Below, piece by piece: positions 53,091 to 64,000 of a DNA stretch of 64,000 nucleotides. Origin of the DNA: Octopus vulgaris (Eukaryota); the NCBI GenBank assembly GCA_951406725.2, contig OX597815.1, positions 64,666,001-64,730,000 on the forward strand, given 5' to 3'. The first letter of the stretch is position 1; each line of letters starts with the position of its first letter. Position numbers and translations under genes: made by a program. The notes below the pieces were generated by a model. It made no database searches. It was not told the DNA's origin and saw only the letters and a list, made by a program, of their open reading frames with translations.

Positions 53091-53788
53091 TATTTTACTT
53101 AAACATAGATTTTTGGTTATATTTAGTCAATACTGGATGTGTGATGAACGATATAAAAATATATAAGGAATTGTGTTAGATAAAAATTGGACATCACTGA
53201 TATAATTCAGTAAATGTAGGTAAAGGTTACCCAATAAATTGAGGGAATTATTCTTTAGCTCGCAATCCTCAGTCCACTTCTTCCCACGGGGTAAAATTAT
53301 TTGCAACTATCCAGGGAAAATAAACGTATGCCTCATCTGCTTAACATTACGCCAACAGGCACACGGAATCGCCTAAAGAGATCTTTATGATTCAGACAGG
53401 AATTAACATTTTGCTTTCAGCTTTTTCTATTCTTTTTGTTGATTGTCGCCAAGAGGGCAATTCTTTGACTTGATAAATTGAGTACTGATAGTGCCACAAA
53501 CAAGTGACAATGCGAAAAATGTTAATATATTATCATTAAGGATCAATATCGGTGACAGCACACTTCGCTAAGAACTTGGAATATTTATCAAGTCAAAGAA
53601 GGGCATGATGATTGATAATGCGTTGATTGTAATGGGCATAGGTTCCTTGTAATAATATTAGTGGAGTTATAAGATTGTGGTTAAAATAGTACTAGTTATG
53701 ATGTAGTTATAATACTGTTGTTATCGTAGTAGTTGCGATGCGGTTATAATAAATGTTATGGTGTTGGTATGATACTGTGGTGATAATA

Positions 53789-54623
53789 CAGGGTGGTCCA
53801 AAAGTCATTGAGGGGTTTTATTTTTAATAACTCCCTTTTTTTAACAAACAGGTGTATGAAATTATAATTCAATATAGAGGAGACAATGGAGATTAATTTG
53901 CATTAAACCTTTTTATCATACCTCTGTATTACGTATGAAAAATATTACGTATTTTAAATGGCATCCATTTTCAGCTTCACACATCCGTGCCCTTTCCAAA
54001 ATACGTTCCATGACAGTTGTAAGGGTTTTAGGGTCCAGTTCCCTGATTTCTCTAGTGATATTCACCTTCAATTGCTCCAGAGTTTCTGGTTTGTTGACAT
54101 AAACCTTCCCCTTGAGGTCTCCCCACAAGTCAAGGTTGGCCAAATGTGGGGAATTCGCAGTAACGAGAGATGATTCTTTCTCCAAAAGATGATCTCAGTA
54201 TTGTCTTTCTTGCGGTATGAGCAGTTGCCTCATCTTGCTGGAACCACATATCGGGCCTATTTTGAAAGGCCGAGCACAAAATGTTTTCTATCATGGACCT
54301 GTACAGCTCACCTGTCACAGTGACAGCTTTCCCATCATCGTCCTCAAAGAAGTAAGGCCCGATTATCTCATCCACACGTAATTGCACACCATTTTGTACA
54401 CTTTATGGGGTTCAATTCTCTTTGGTGCTCTCTGGGTTTGAATAATTGACCCCTGATTTTGATAGAACAATTTCATTACTTGGGTGCATAATGCGTTGCC
54501 ATATTTTCTATAATAAATTTCCAGGACCTACTTCATAAAATCCCTGAAAAGAAAAACAAAATTTTTAAAAAGTAAAAGAATTTGCAAAGATTGCAACTCC
54601 TCAGTGACTTTTAGGCCACCCTA
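53789..54623 (-). mobile_element. Tc1/mariner-superfamily transposon, internally deleted
   Basis: TIRs CAGGGTGGTCCAAAAGTCATTGAGG / CCTCAGTGACTTTTAGGCCACCCTA with TA flanks. Transposase motifs IIGPYFF, WFQQDEATAHT, SPHLANLDLWGDLKGKVY. Confidence 0.88.
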
Positions 54624-55116
54624 TAGTAGGTGCTACTATATAATAATACTGTGGTTATAGTTGTAGTAGTTATGATGTGTTTATAATAAAAGTAGTTATG
54701 GACTGGAGCTAAAGGAGAAGAGATGGTAGTGGTGGGGGAAGTTGAAAACGTGGCAGTAATTGTTGGTTAAAGTAATGCTGTTGTCGTTGAGTTTTAACCC
54801 CTATCAGCTATGACTGGAGAGATCTATTATCAAACATTCGATCTATAACCTTCCTGTCCTTTTCTTTCTTTTCAGATTCGTACTGCATTTTTTAATAAAA
54901 TTAGTGTGTAACTTGAGAGGAATTTGGCTACTACTCCTAACAGATTAAGCAACTACATAGAGAAAATTGTACGCTACCTATGTGAATGATGGTGTATCTG
55001 TCAGAAAAGAAGGGTATCAGCGGGACCCTCTTAAATTACGAAAACAAGGTTTGTCATCGTGGGACGGCAATTGGAATTATACTTCTCTTCCTTCTTTCAG
55101 TATTTTCTTCTGCTTA

Positions 55117-55275
55117 AGGCGGCGAGCTGGCAGAATCATTAGCATGCCGGGTAAAAAGCTTAGCAGCATTTCATCCATCTTCACATTTTAAGTTCAAATT
55201 CCGCCGAGTTTGTCTTTGCCTTTCACCTTTCGAGTTCGACAAAATAAGTACCAGTTGAACAATGGGATCGATATA
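55117..55275 (+). mobile_element. SINE family B
   Basis: GGCGGCGAGCTGGCAGAATCATTAGC head. Confidence 0.7.
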
Positions 55276-55372
55276 TTATTTCCTTCTGTCTTTCCTTCTA
55301 TCTTTTCTTAATTCTCTCCCTCGTTCTGTGCCAGTGGAGACTACTTAATTATGTCCAAGTAATTAATAAAAA

Positions 55373-55702
55373 GGGTAAAGACCCCTTCGGTCAAGGGATT
55401 GCACCTAAAAATTTCCCCTCCGAGGCACAATTCTGGGCAAGGTTGTTTATGGAAGACCAGCAGTCGCCCATGCATACCAGCCTCTCCTCTCCAGTTCACC
55501 GATGTTATCTAAGGGAAAAGCAAACGCCGATACACCTTGGAACTAGTGACGCCGCAAATCATTTCTACGGCTGGGTGAATTGGAGAAACGTGAAAAATAA
55601 AGTGTATTGCTCAAGAACACAACACACACAGCCCGGTCCAGGAATCGAACTCAGTACTTCCTGATTGTGAGCCCAACGCACTAAATACTGTGCCATGCGC
55701 CT
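55373..55702 (-). mobile_element. SINE family D
   Basis: Matches 37255-37600. Confidence 0.8.
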
Positions 55703-56129
55703 TTAATAATGCCTCAATACATAATAATAACCCAGTAATTAACAATGCCCTGATAATCTAGTAATAAAAACACTGTACAGTTACAGTTATACACCCACTG
55801 TATTCTGTTATGAAGAGATCGATTAGTAGTAGCAGCAGCAGCAACAATAACAGAAGTGTGATCACGTAATCCATTGCTATTTCAACCTCTGGTATTGTTC
55901 GTCTTCCTGTTGTGTGAACCGAGGTTAAATAACTCTAAATGAGAAGATTTCAATGTCCAACTGAGATTTATATGTTTGTCTGGCCGAGAGGAGAATTAAA
56001 TTCAGCACTGCCAGTACTCGTCAACTACTCGGTTCTTGAAGGCAAGGTGCGTTATTCCATTATATCTAAGAATATTTTAGAAAATGTCGCCAGGGGTCAC
56101 ATCGCATAATACTGTTGTTGTTGTTGTTT

Positions 56130-56173
<44 letters not shown>

Positions 56174-57461
56174 GCTATTGTTGTTGCTGTTGCTGCTGCT
56201 GTCGTCCTTGTTGTTGCTGTTTGTGTTGTTGCTTAGTCCCACATCAACACTGATCGAGTCTACCTACGACAAAAGAGGATCTTCTCGTGACCACCCCTCC
56301 TTATATCCAGATATCCTGTATCTAGGACTACTGTACACGATGTGACTTCCTTTATGAAGGTTTTAAGGTGTTATTTGGGTGAGATTTAGCACTTATTTGA
56401 AGCAAACGGGTGACTGTATGGTGACTGTCCGCATTAGCACGTGGGCTATCGTGTTGGTACAGTTGATAATATTGATGCAGTATGGCTGAATGGTTAAGAA
56501 ACATAATTCGTGACCAAGAAATCCCGAGTTCGATCCTACTGTGTAGCATCTTGGGGATTTTTTCTTTCTTTTTTACTACACTTTCGGATCTACCCAGCCA
56601 CTTCACATAAAATGAATGAACAGCTAATTCAGAAGTTTGAACAACTGAAGGCTCGTCGTGAAACTCGACAGAAATCCGTTGAATTTCTTCTTTCTTAGCC
56701 AATAACAGATTGAAGCATGATACTACTACGTTAGTGTTTTGTTGGTGTGCGAAAGCCGAGTGGATAAAGAAGCGGACTGACAAACTTCTTATGAGTCAGA
56801 CTTTCAAATTCGTTGGAAAGATTAAGTTATATCCGACCACCAGACTTCATTCTATAATGCTTCACTTCAACAATTTGTAGCGGCGTAGTACCATGAAGTA
56901 CCATGAGGTACCATAAGATATTATAAGGTATGCTAGGATACTATAAAGTACCATATCATTTATGAATGATTTGTTTCCGTAGTTTCAGCAGTTTTTTATC
57001 ATTGAAGGCTTCCTACAATATAAAATAGCTTATTTCTTGTTAAACTCAAGACGAACAGAGTATCTATAACTCACGAAACAACGCGAGAATAAGTACGCAC
57101 TCGATCGACTTACTAGAAATAGCAGCTAATTTCCCCCTCAAATTACTATTTTCTGTCTTTCAAAAAATAAATGGCACGTAATATAGTGTAGGTCTAAAAG
57201 CAGTTAATCGATGAGACGGCCATGGCTGAGCGTCTTTTCTCATCAGTATGCTCGATCAGGACTGACCTAGAATTAAACGACAGCAACAATCACATGATCA
57301 TTTCCTCAGTTACGAGAGAATTCCCGCCATAATCACGAGGGTGGGGGTTATTACAACCACTACAACCACCACCACCACCACCACCATCATCATCGTCGTC
57401 GTAGTAGTGCGCTCATTCTTTATCATCATCAACATCAGCAGCAATAGCAGCATCCTCATCG

Positions 57462-57493
<32 letters not shown>

Positions 57494-58193
57494 TTCATCA
57501 TTATCATCATTATTCACATCGATGTCGTCTACACGGCTGCCATCATTTTAAGATTGCCCTCGGTGTCATCATAGTCGTCATCGTCGTCTAACTCGCGAAG
57601 CTGAAAGATATTTCGCTGTTACCTCTTCACTTATCTCCCTTTATTTGACCTTTGCCCCAAGACACGAACTGTCCCTGCTTCGATTTTAAGCACGCTTCTG
57701 AAGATAAACTTTTATCGATATTTGGGCCAAATAACAAATTCGTCATAGTTCACGGTTCATTGCCTCCTAAACACCTCTCGGCTGATCTTGCCGTTGCTCA
57801 CCCACTTCATATCTCACTACTACATACACAGACACACAAGCACACACACTCACGTGTACCATACATGCATATATACGTACATTCATACGTATAGATAAAT
57901 ATACATGTACATAGATAAATACTATACACATATGTATACACATACATACATACATACATACATACATACATACATACATACATACATACATACATACATA
58001 CATACATACATACATACATACATACATGCATGCATGCCTACATAAATACACACAACATAATTTCACGAAACACACACGCAAACTATAGATAGATACAAAG
58101 ACAGACAGACAGACAGGCAATCAAACAGACAGACAGGTAGATTGATAGAGGGAGAGAGGGGAGATGGGTAGACAGACAGGCAGAAAGACAGGC

Positions 58194-58273
<80 letters not shown>

Positions 58274-58584
58274 TGACTTGCATGCATACATACATAAATA
58301 CACACATGCACACATGCATACATACATGCATACATGCATACATACATACATTATACATAAATGCATGTATTTGAACATACATGCATATATACGCATGTAT
58401 ATGCGCGTGCGTATGAATTTGTACGTGTGTGAGTTAACGTAACAATGCTGGTGAATCACTTCAAAAAGTTTCTGAATCCAGATATACAAACAGAATTAGA
58501 CTCATAGGCAAGCATTCAGTTAGCAGTGTATAGAAAGGTGTTTTGTGCACACGGCCACATACTCACATCGACAGCTAATGAGAT

Positions 58585-58800
58585 GAGTGTGTGTGTTCCT
58601 CTTTGTTCTCCCCACAGCTTGACAGCCGCTGTTGGTTTGTTTACGTCTCCATAAATTAGCAATTCGGCAAAAGATAGCCGATAGAATAAGTATCAAACTT
58701 TGGAAATAAGAAATGGAAGCGATTTGCTCGACTAAAACCTTCAAGGCAGTGCCCGAGCATGGCCGTCGTCTAATGAAAGTAACTAATAAAAAATAAGAAA
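58585..58800 (+). mobile_element. Diverged SINE family A, 3' half
   Basis: CTTGACAGCCG...GATAGAATAAGTA...GCATGGCCG. Confidence 0.65.
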
Positions 58801-58959
58801 TGTATTCTAGTAAACATAACAAGGCTCTTCCTGATTATTTCATTCACATAAAGTCATAACACCGAATGCCGGCTGCATACTCTGCGATTATATATTTTTT
58901 ATGAACTATATTGTGTTCAAACATGGAGGTTATAGCAAAAATGACAATATTCGAATGAA

Positions 58960-59180
58960 ATTTATCTCTTTTGTTACCGTACTACTGTTGAAATACGGGG
59001 CATTTGTTTCAATTCATTTTGAAAATGATAAGAATTTAATAAAATAACTTTGTTATTACTTAACTGGTGCTCGAACATAAATTTACATAAAATTTTGAAA
59101 GCAAGTTTTGATTTAGATCACTTTGAAACGGGATTTGTATGACAGAAGCAAGAATGGTTTCAAGCGGGTTGGTAAGAATA
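58960..59180. mobile_element. Possible degenerate MITE-like DNA element
   Basis: Resembles an abundant short octopus element from memory. The ends are degraded. Confidence 0.3.
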
Positions 59181-59879
59181 CAGCCGCCTATTTCTTTCAA
59201 TGTGTTCCCACTCTTCTATAACGTTCATAGCACTTGTTTAAGCTTCCTACTTCTTATATTTCCCTTGTACGGCATACAGAAAATGAACGTTATTTCTCGA
59301 TGATATATAAAGTGACTATATCATTCTTTTGTCTAATCCTGGCCGACTTATATATCAGTCAATTGCTATGTTTCTCTATATAGTGTGGCTTAGCAAGTAA
59401 CCAACTTTAGTTCAAAGCTGCATTGGGTATCACTGAAACATCTTGATGTCCCATGAGGTAACAAATGATCAATATTCCATATTTTCGGAAGGTGATGTAC
59501 ATGTAATACATTCTCCCAGCTTGGTACATTCTCATGGACATAAAGGTAAAGAAACGAATAAATATCCAGCTTCAGTGAACTAAGACTGTACTACATCGGT
59601 TTAAGTATATCGACTGTATATAACTGTCTGTGTGAGGGTGCGTAAAGAAGTTTCTATTCGCAACTATGTGGTTCGGGGCTTAATCTTGCTATATAACACT
59701 TTCATCAATTGTCTTCTCTTCTAAGCGGAATTTGGTAGACAGAAACTGTGCAAAACTCCTCATGTGCGTGCGTGCGTACGTGCCTGCGTGCGAGCGTGCA
59801 TGCGTCATGCTCGCGCGCGTGTGTGAGTGTGTGCGTGTATTTTTAATAATAAAACGTGGAAAAGTTGTGCTTTCTCTGA

Positions 59880-60670
59880 ACACCTAAGAATGAACGAATT
59901 GACAATACATCTTCAGGTGACAATTATAGGTATCTTGGACAAAATGAGAATGTATGATGAACCAATAACTAAGGAGTAAATATCTCAGGAGAATAAAAAT
60001 AATGGTCATCAGAACTCTCAACTTACAACAAGCATATTGTCTACATATTTGCAGTGCTTGTCCTCACGCCTGCGTTTGGCCTGCTGAACGGTCACTACAA
60101 GAACTCAATGAGATAGACGTTCGAACTCGCAAGCTGCTTAGTGTTATAGGAAATTTCAACATCAATGGAGATATAGATAAGCTATATTTTCCATGTAACA
60201 ATGGTAGCTATAGTCTCAAATATGTATTGATGTCGTATGAAACACGTATTATGACACTGAAACAATATCTACAGCAGAGGAAAGAGACTAGTAACTGTCT
60301 TGTTCACGTTTGTGACTATGAAATCAACAACATAATTAGGATAGCTAATGAATATGTTGACATGTATAAAATAAGATCTGATACAGATCTCTCCCCGAGG
60401 AGCATTGGTAAAATCTACTTATCAGAAGAATAAAATTTTTAAAATGGACCAGTTCACTGAGAAGATAATACATGGGTACTTGACGCGAAAACAAAAACCA
60501 TAGAAGGGATTGACCATGTCAAGAGCTTGGCGTGGAGTACCGACAAATTTATAACATCTCAGTTTGAAGGCTACCTCCATGCAATTCAAAAACAAGAGAT
60601 CCCCACCAAGTACCTACAGCATAAAAATTAGAAAACGCGGACAGGCAACAAATCCAGGCTGTACAAGACC
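59880..60670 (+). mobile_element. RLE (R4-like) LINE fragment, RT C-terminal region
   Basis: YRYLGQ (~59925), EIDVRTRKLL..DIDKLY (ORF 60002-60433), FEGYLHAIQKQEIPTKYL (~60563). Confidence 0.75.
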
Positions 60671-60729
60671 AAGCATTAGTGCCAATTGCTAGAGAATTTG
60701 GTGTACCAGGTCATGGTCAGGCGTTCAAT

Positions 60730-62100
60730 AACATTCACAAGGGGCTATGAGATTTGTCTAACTGTAAAATTTTGATAGTATACCTATTGTATACTATCAA
60801 AAGCCTTCTGGTTGTCCAGCCACACTACTGTTAACTTCCTGCGATTTTTACTATTTTTTCCTGAATCATCTTGTTAATTAGTAGCTACTGTATACTGCCG
60901 CATACCGCCTTTTCTCCAAGTTGTTCAGGCGTTATAATGTGAATGGTACAATGATCCTCAAAGAAGAGATTGAAGCATCCAGTATATAATTTGTACATGA
61001 TGTTCTGGAAGGCGGTAATTTTTAGTAAGGGTGGTTTGGCTATTTTGGGGGAATGGGGAGATTAGATGCGGTTGATAACCATTGAGGCAGTTTTTGTGTG
61101 CCCTTGATACTTTCTCCATACAACTGTATGAGATCTCGCCGATAGAAGATGGAATTCTTCAGCCAGTAACCTGTTATAAAGTCTGGACCTGGGGATTTCA
61201 TGTTTGACAGTTTCTATAAGCAGTAGTCCTGCTCCAGTTCTTTTATCCATACAGCTTGTTTGTTGAACTCATGATCTGTTTCCCATACAGATCTTTAGTA
61301 GCCCTCAATCTGATCAGTGGGACTGTCATTTACTGAGACTGAGCCTTTTCGCACTGAAGCTACGATAAACTGACTTGAGATCTCTGGCAAATAATTTATT
61401 GAGTATTTGCCATTTATATGTTATAAATTTCAGTTTTTCAACTGTAGCTATGAGTTATTATTTCAGCTGCTGCAGTTTGGAGTTTAGGTTTTTGAATCCT
61501 GAATCACCAAATTGTCTCTCTAGTTTTGTTCTGAGTTCTTACTGATGTCGTGTGAAGTTGTACTCTGTTACATTTTATAAGAACAACGATCTATGAGATA
61601 CTTTTTCGTAGAAACAAAATTTTACTTTTTAAATTACGTGCCCATACTGGTTCAGGTAATCTGCTCGAATCTTGGTTGCGAGGCTTCTACTCTTTGAAAT
61701 ACGCCAGTAATGTAATAGCTGAGACATATAATAAAAAGTTAATTGTTTCATTGGTTGTTTTCATACGTTTCGATTGCGTAGTCTTCAGATATTTATTTGC
61801 TATTTCGCTTGCTACCTCTATTTCCAATTTACTGGCTCCTTTGCTTATATTGGTGTTGTATGGCCTTTAGTTGAAATTAAAATTGTGGACCTGCTGAAAC
61901 CTCATCCCAGATCACTTGTAAGGCGTTCACAAGTTTTTTGTGTTCTTCTATATGTACAATAAAAGTATGGATTTCAACTAAATGGTTAGTTTTAATTGTA
62001 CGTTCTTCCTGACTATCAATGGAAGTGGGTTGATTACCTTCCAATGGCTGACTTTCTAGTGCTAGTCTGCGTTGAATCAGACATTTCAACATATGAAGAA
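60730..62100 (-). mobile_element. RLE (R4-like) LINE fragment, N-terminal and early RT region
   Basis: Minus translation LNKLFARDLKSVYR, VWETDHEFNKQAVWI, KSPGPDFITGYWLK and NYR motif. Confidence 0.65.
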
Positions 62101-62289
62101 ATTCGGTGAGTCGGCTACTAAATTACGATGATAGATATGCATACAAGGGGGTGAAGAAGAGAGGGGGAGAGAAAGGAGGAAAAGAAAAGAAAGATATGTA
62201 AAATAAGATATTGGGAAGTGAGTAGTTTGTTATATCTGACAATATAGCAGCGAAAATTCTAGTACCGTGGACCGCTTCTTAGCGTAACG

Positions 62290-62379
<90 letters not shown>

Positions 62380-62380
62380 T

Positions 62381-62411
<31 letters not shown>

Positions 62412-64000
62412 GCATATATATATGTGTGTGTGTGTATGCACGTACATGCATACATGTAAAGTAATTGTTGCATTCCTATACATACATATGTATAAAATAT
62501 TGATTCGTCGTTTATGACACTATCACAAATAAAGACAAATATACGATTTGGCACTGTTTAGTAATAGAGAAGAATTGAGCTTCTCTTTGATAGGCCTTCG
62601 TACGTTGGCGAATAATGGAAAACCGGAATGTGTTAGCTGAATGAGGCTGGTATCTAGTTTCAGCTTTCTCTGGTTACTTATTGAAGGAATATCTGAACGA
62701 TAAATAGATGGAAAGAGTCGTGAATAGAATATATTGTCAAAATATGTCATATAAAGCAAAGGTTTCTAATGTACAACCAGCGGCAGCGTTTAGTCCGACT
62801 CGTGGCTTCATGTCATATTTGTTTTTTGTTGTTGATTTTTTTTTTTACAGCCCAGGTTATTTTAATTGCATATCTCTCTGTAAAACCGCACTCCTCGCTG
62901 TAAAACAATGAAACAAAAACCTCGACACTTTAACGAAAATGTGAGTGCGTAATCTTTATGCATTTCTAAAAGGCGTTTCTTGAGTCAGGAATCGAAACCG
63001 GTTCGAAAGCTCGAACTTATCTCAAATAATACAATTCAGTGTTGTTTCTTTTTGGCTAGAGGTAAAAAAAATACCTAGTATATTAAGAGACAAAATAAAT
63101 GGGACTTGTTAGCATTCATGCTTTGCCAAAACTTTTAAAGACTGAGAGAATAGAATTGGTTTCTTCTGGAACTGAAACAATACCATGGTTTCTATTGCCT
63201 GGAGCTTTCCCTCAACTCTGTATCACTCACTGGTGTTGATGATATTCTTCTAAAAACTCTTATTGACTTTGAGACTCCCATAGGATTCCAACTGACAACA
63301 GATGAATCGACCTTCGAGGGAATTGGAATCTTTGCCAAATTCTACTTTGACGTCGAAAGTCGGTGAATCTTTGTTTCGTTGTTGGTTCTTCCTTAATTTT
63401 ATTGTAGTTTTAATCCGAGGAGTTTAATACTTACATTTAAATGGCTGAAAAGACAAGCCTTTAACTATTTGGCAATAAGCAATGGGAGATTCATGCGAAT
63501 ATTAACATAACGGTTTCGGTATCACCATTCCGACAATTCACACAATAAGAATACTTATAGAAACACGACAAATACTCACAAACATCAATTACACAGCTAC
63601 AACATCAATAACTACTCTGGCTTCTATAAAATTCTCTACTAAACTGCCACCTCTCTTATAAGAAGATTACAGCTGTCCAAAAGCTCTGAGCTCGACATTT
63701 TCATTACTGCTATAATCATCAATGTCGGATATCCAAAAACAGACTGGACAACTTCTTCAACTCAAGCCATGAAACAAAATATCTCTTAATGAAGTGTGCA
63801 ATGAGATACCAGGCCATGCGAAACATATCAGAAGGAAATGAACTTGTGAAGGGCCCCACGGAAATTTCTTTTGTTTCCCTCCATTCTCTTTATATTATAG
63901 AGTTTGTTGGGTTCTCAGAGGCAATAACACCTCGTCACTAGATGGACGCAAGAAGGCAACGGTTTTGAGGGAAATCAAGGCAACGCGAAAATATAGATTA

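Noticed and set aside
62975-63010. GAAACCGGTT motif near possible Penelope remnants (63050-63780)
   Set aside because: The core is incomplete and the protein similarity is too weak to call by eye.

Overview
AT-rich, microsatellite-dense eukaryotic DNA with no convincing host protein-coding exon. Almost all ORFs in the track are microsatellite translations. The SINE families resemble those I recall from Octopus (coleoid cephalopod); this is an inference. The window is a nest of transposon remnants: tRNA-derived SINEs, CR1-group, L1/Tx1 and R4/Dong-like (RLE) LINEs, several Penelope-like elements (PLEs; RT plus GIY-YIG), a Helitron inserted into a PLE ORF, a Tc1/mariner element and a hAT MITE. 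The main hidden signal is a high density of type I hammerhead ribozyme (HHR) motifs: about a dozen intact or near-intact, plus several degenerate. They lie in PLE terminal repeats and in ORF-less fold-back (palindromic) mini-elements embedded in (TA)n. They include non-canonical cores (U3-A8, U4C, mismatched first pair of helix II, helix III reduced to a palindrome), one HHR split by a 1.6-kb LINE insertion, and a 356-bp retrozyme-like monomer. All folds and alignments were done by eye, so coordinates of degenerate repeats are approximate.
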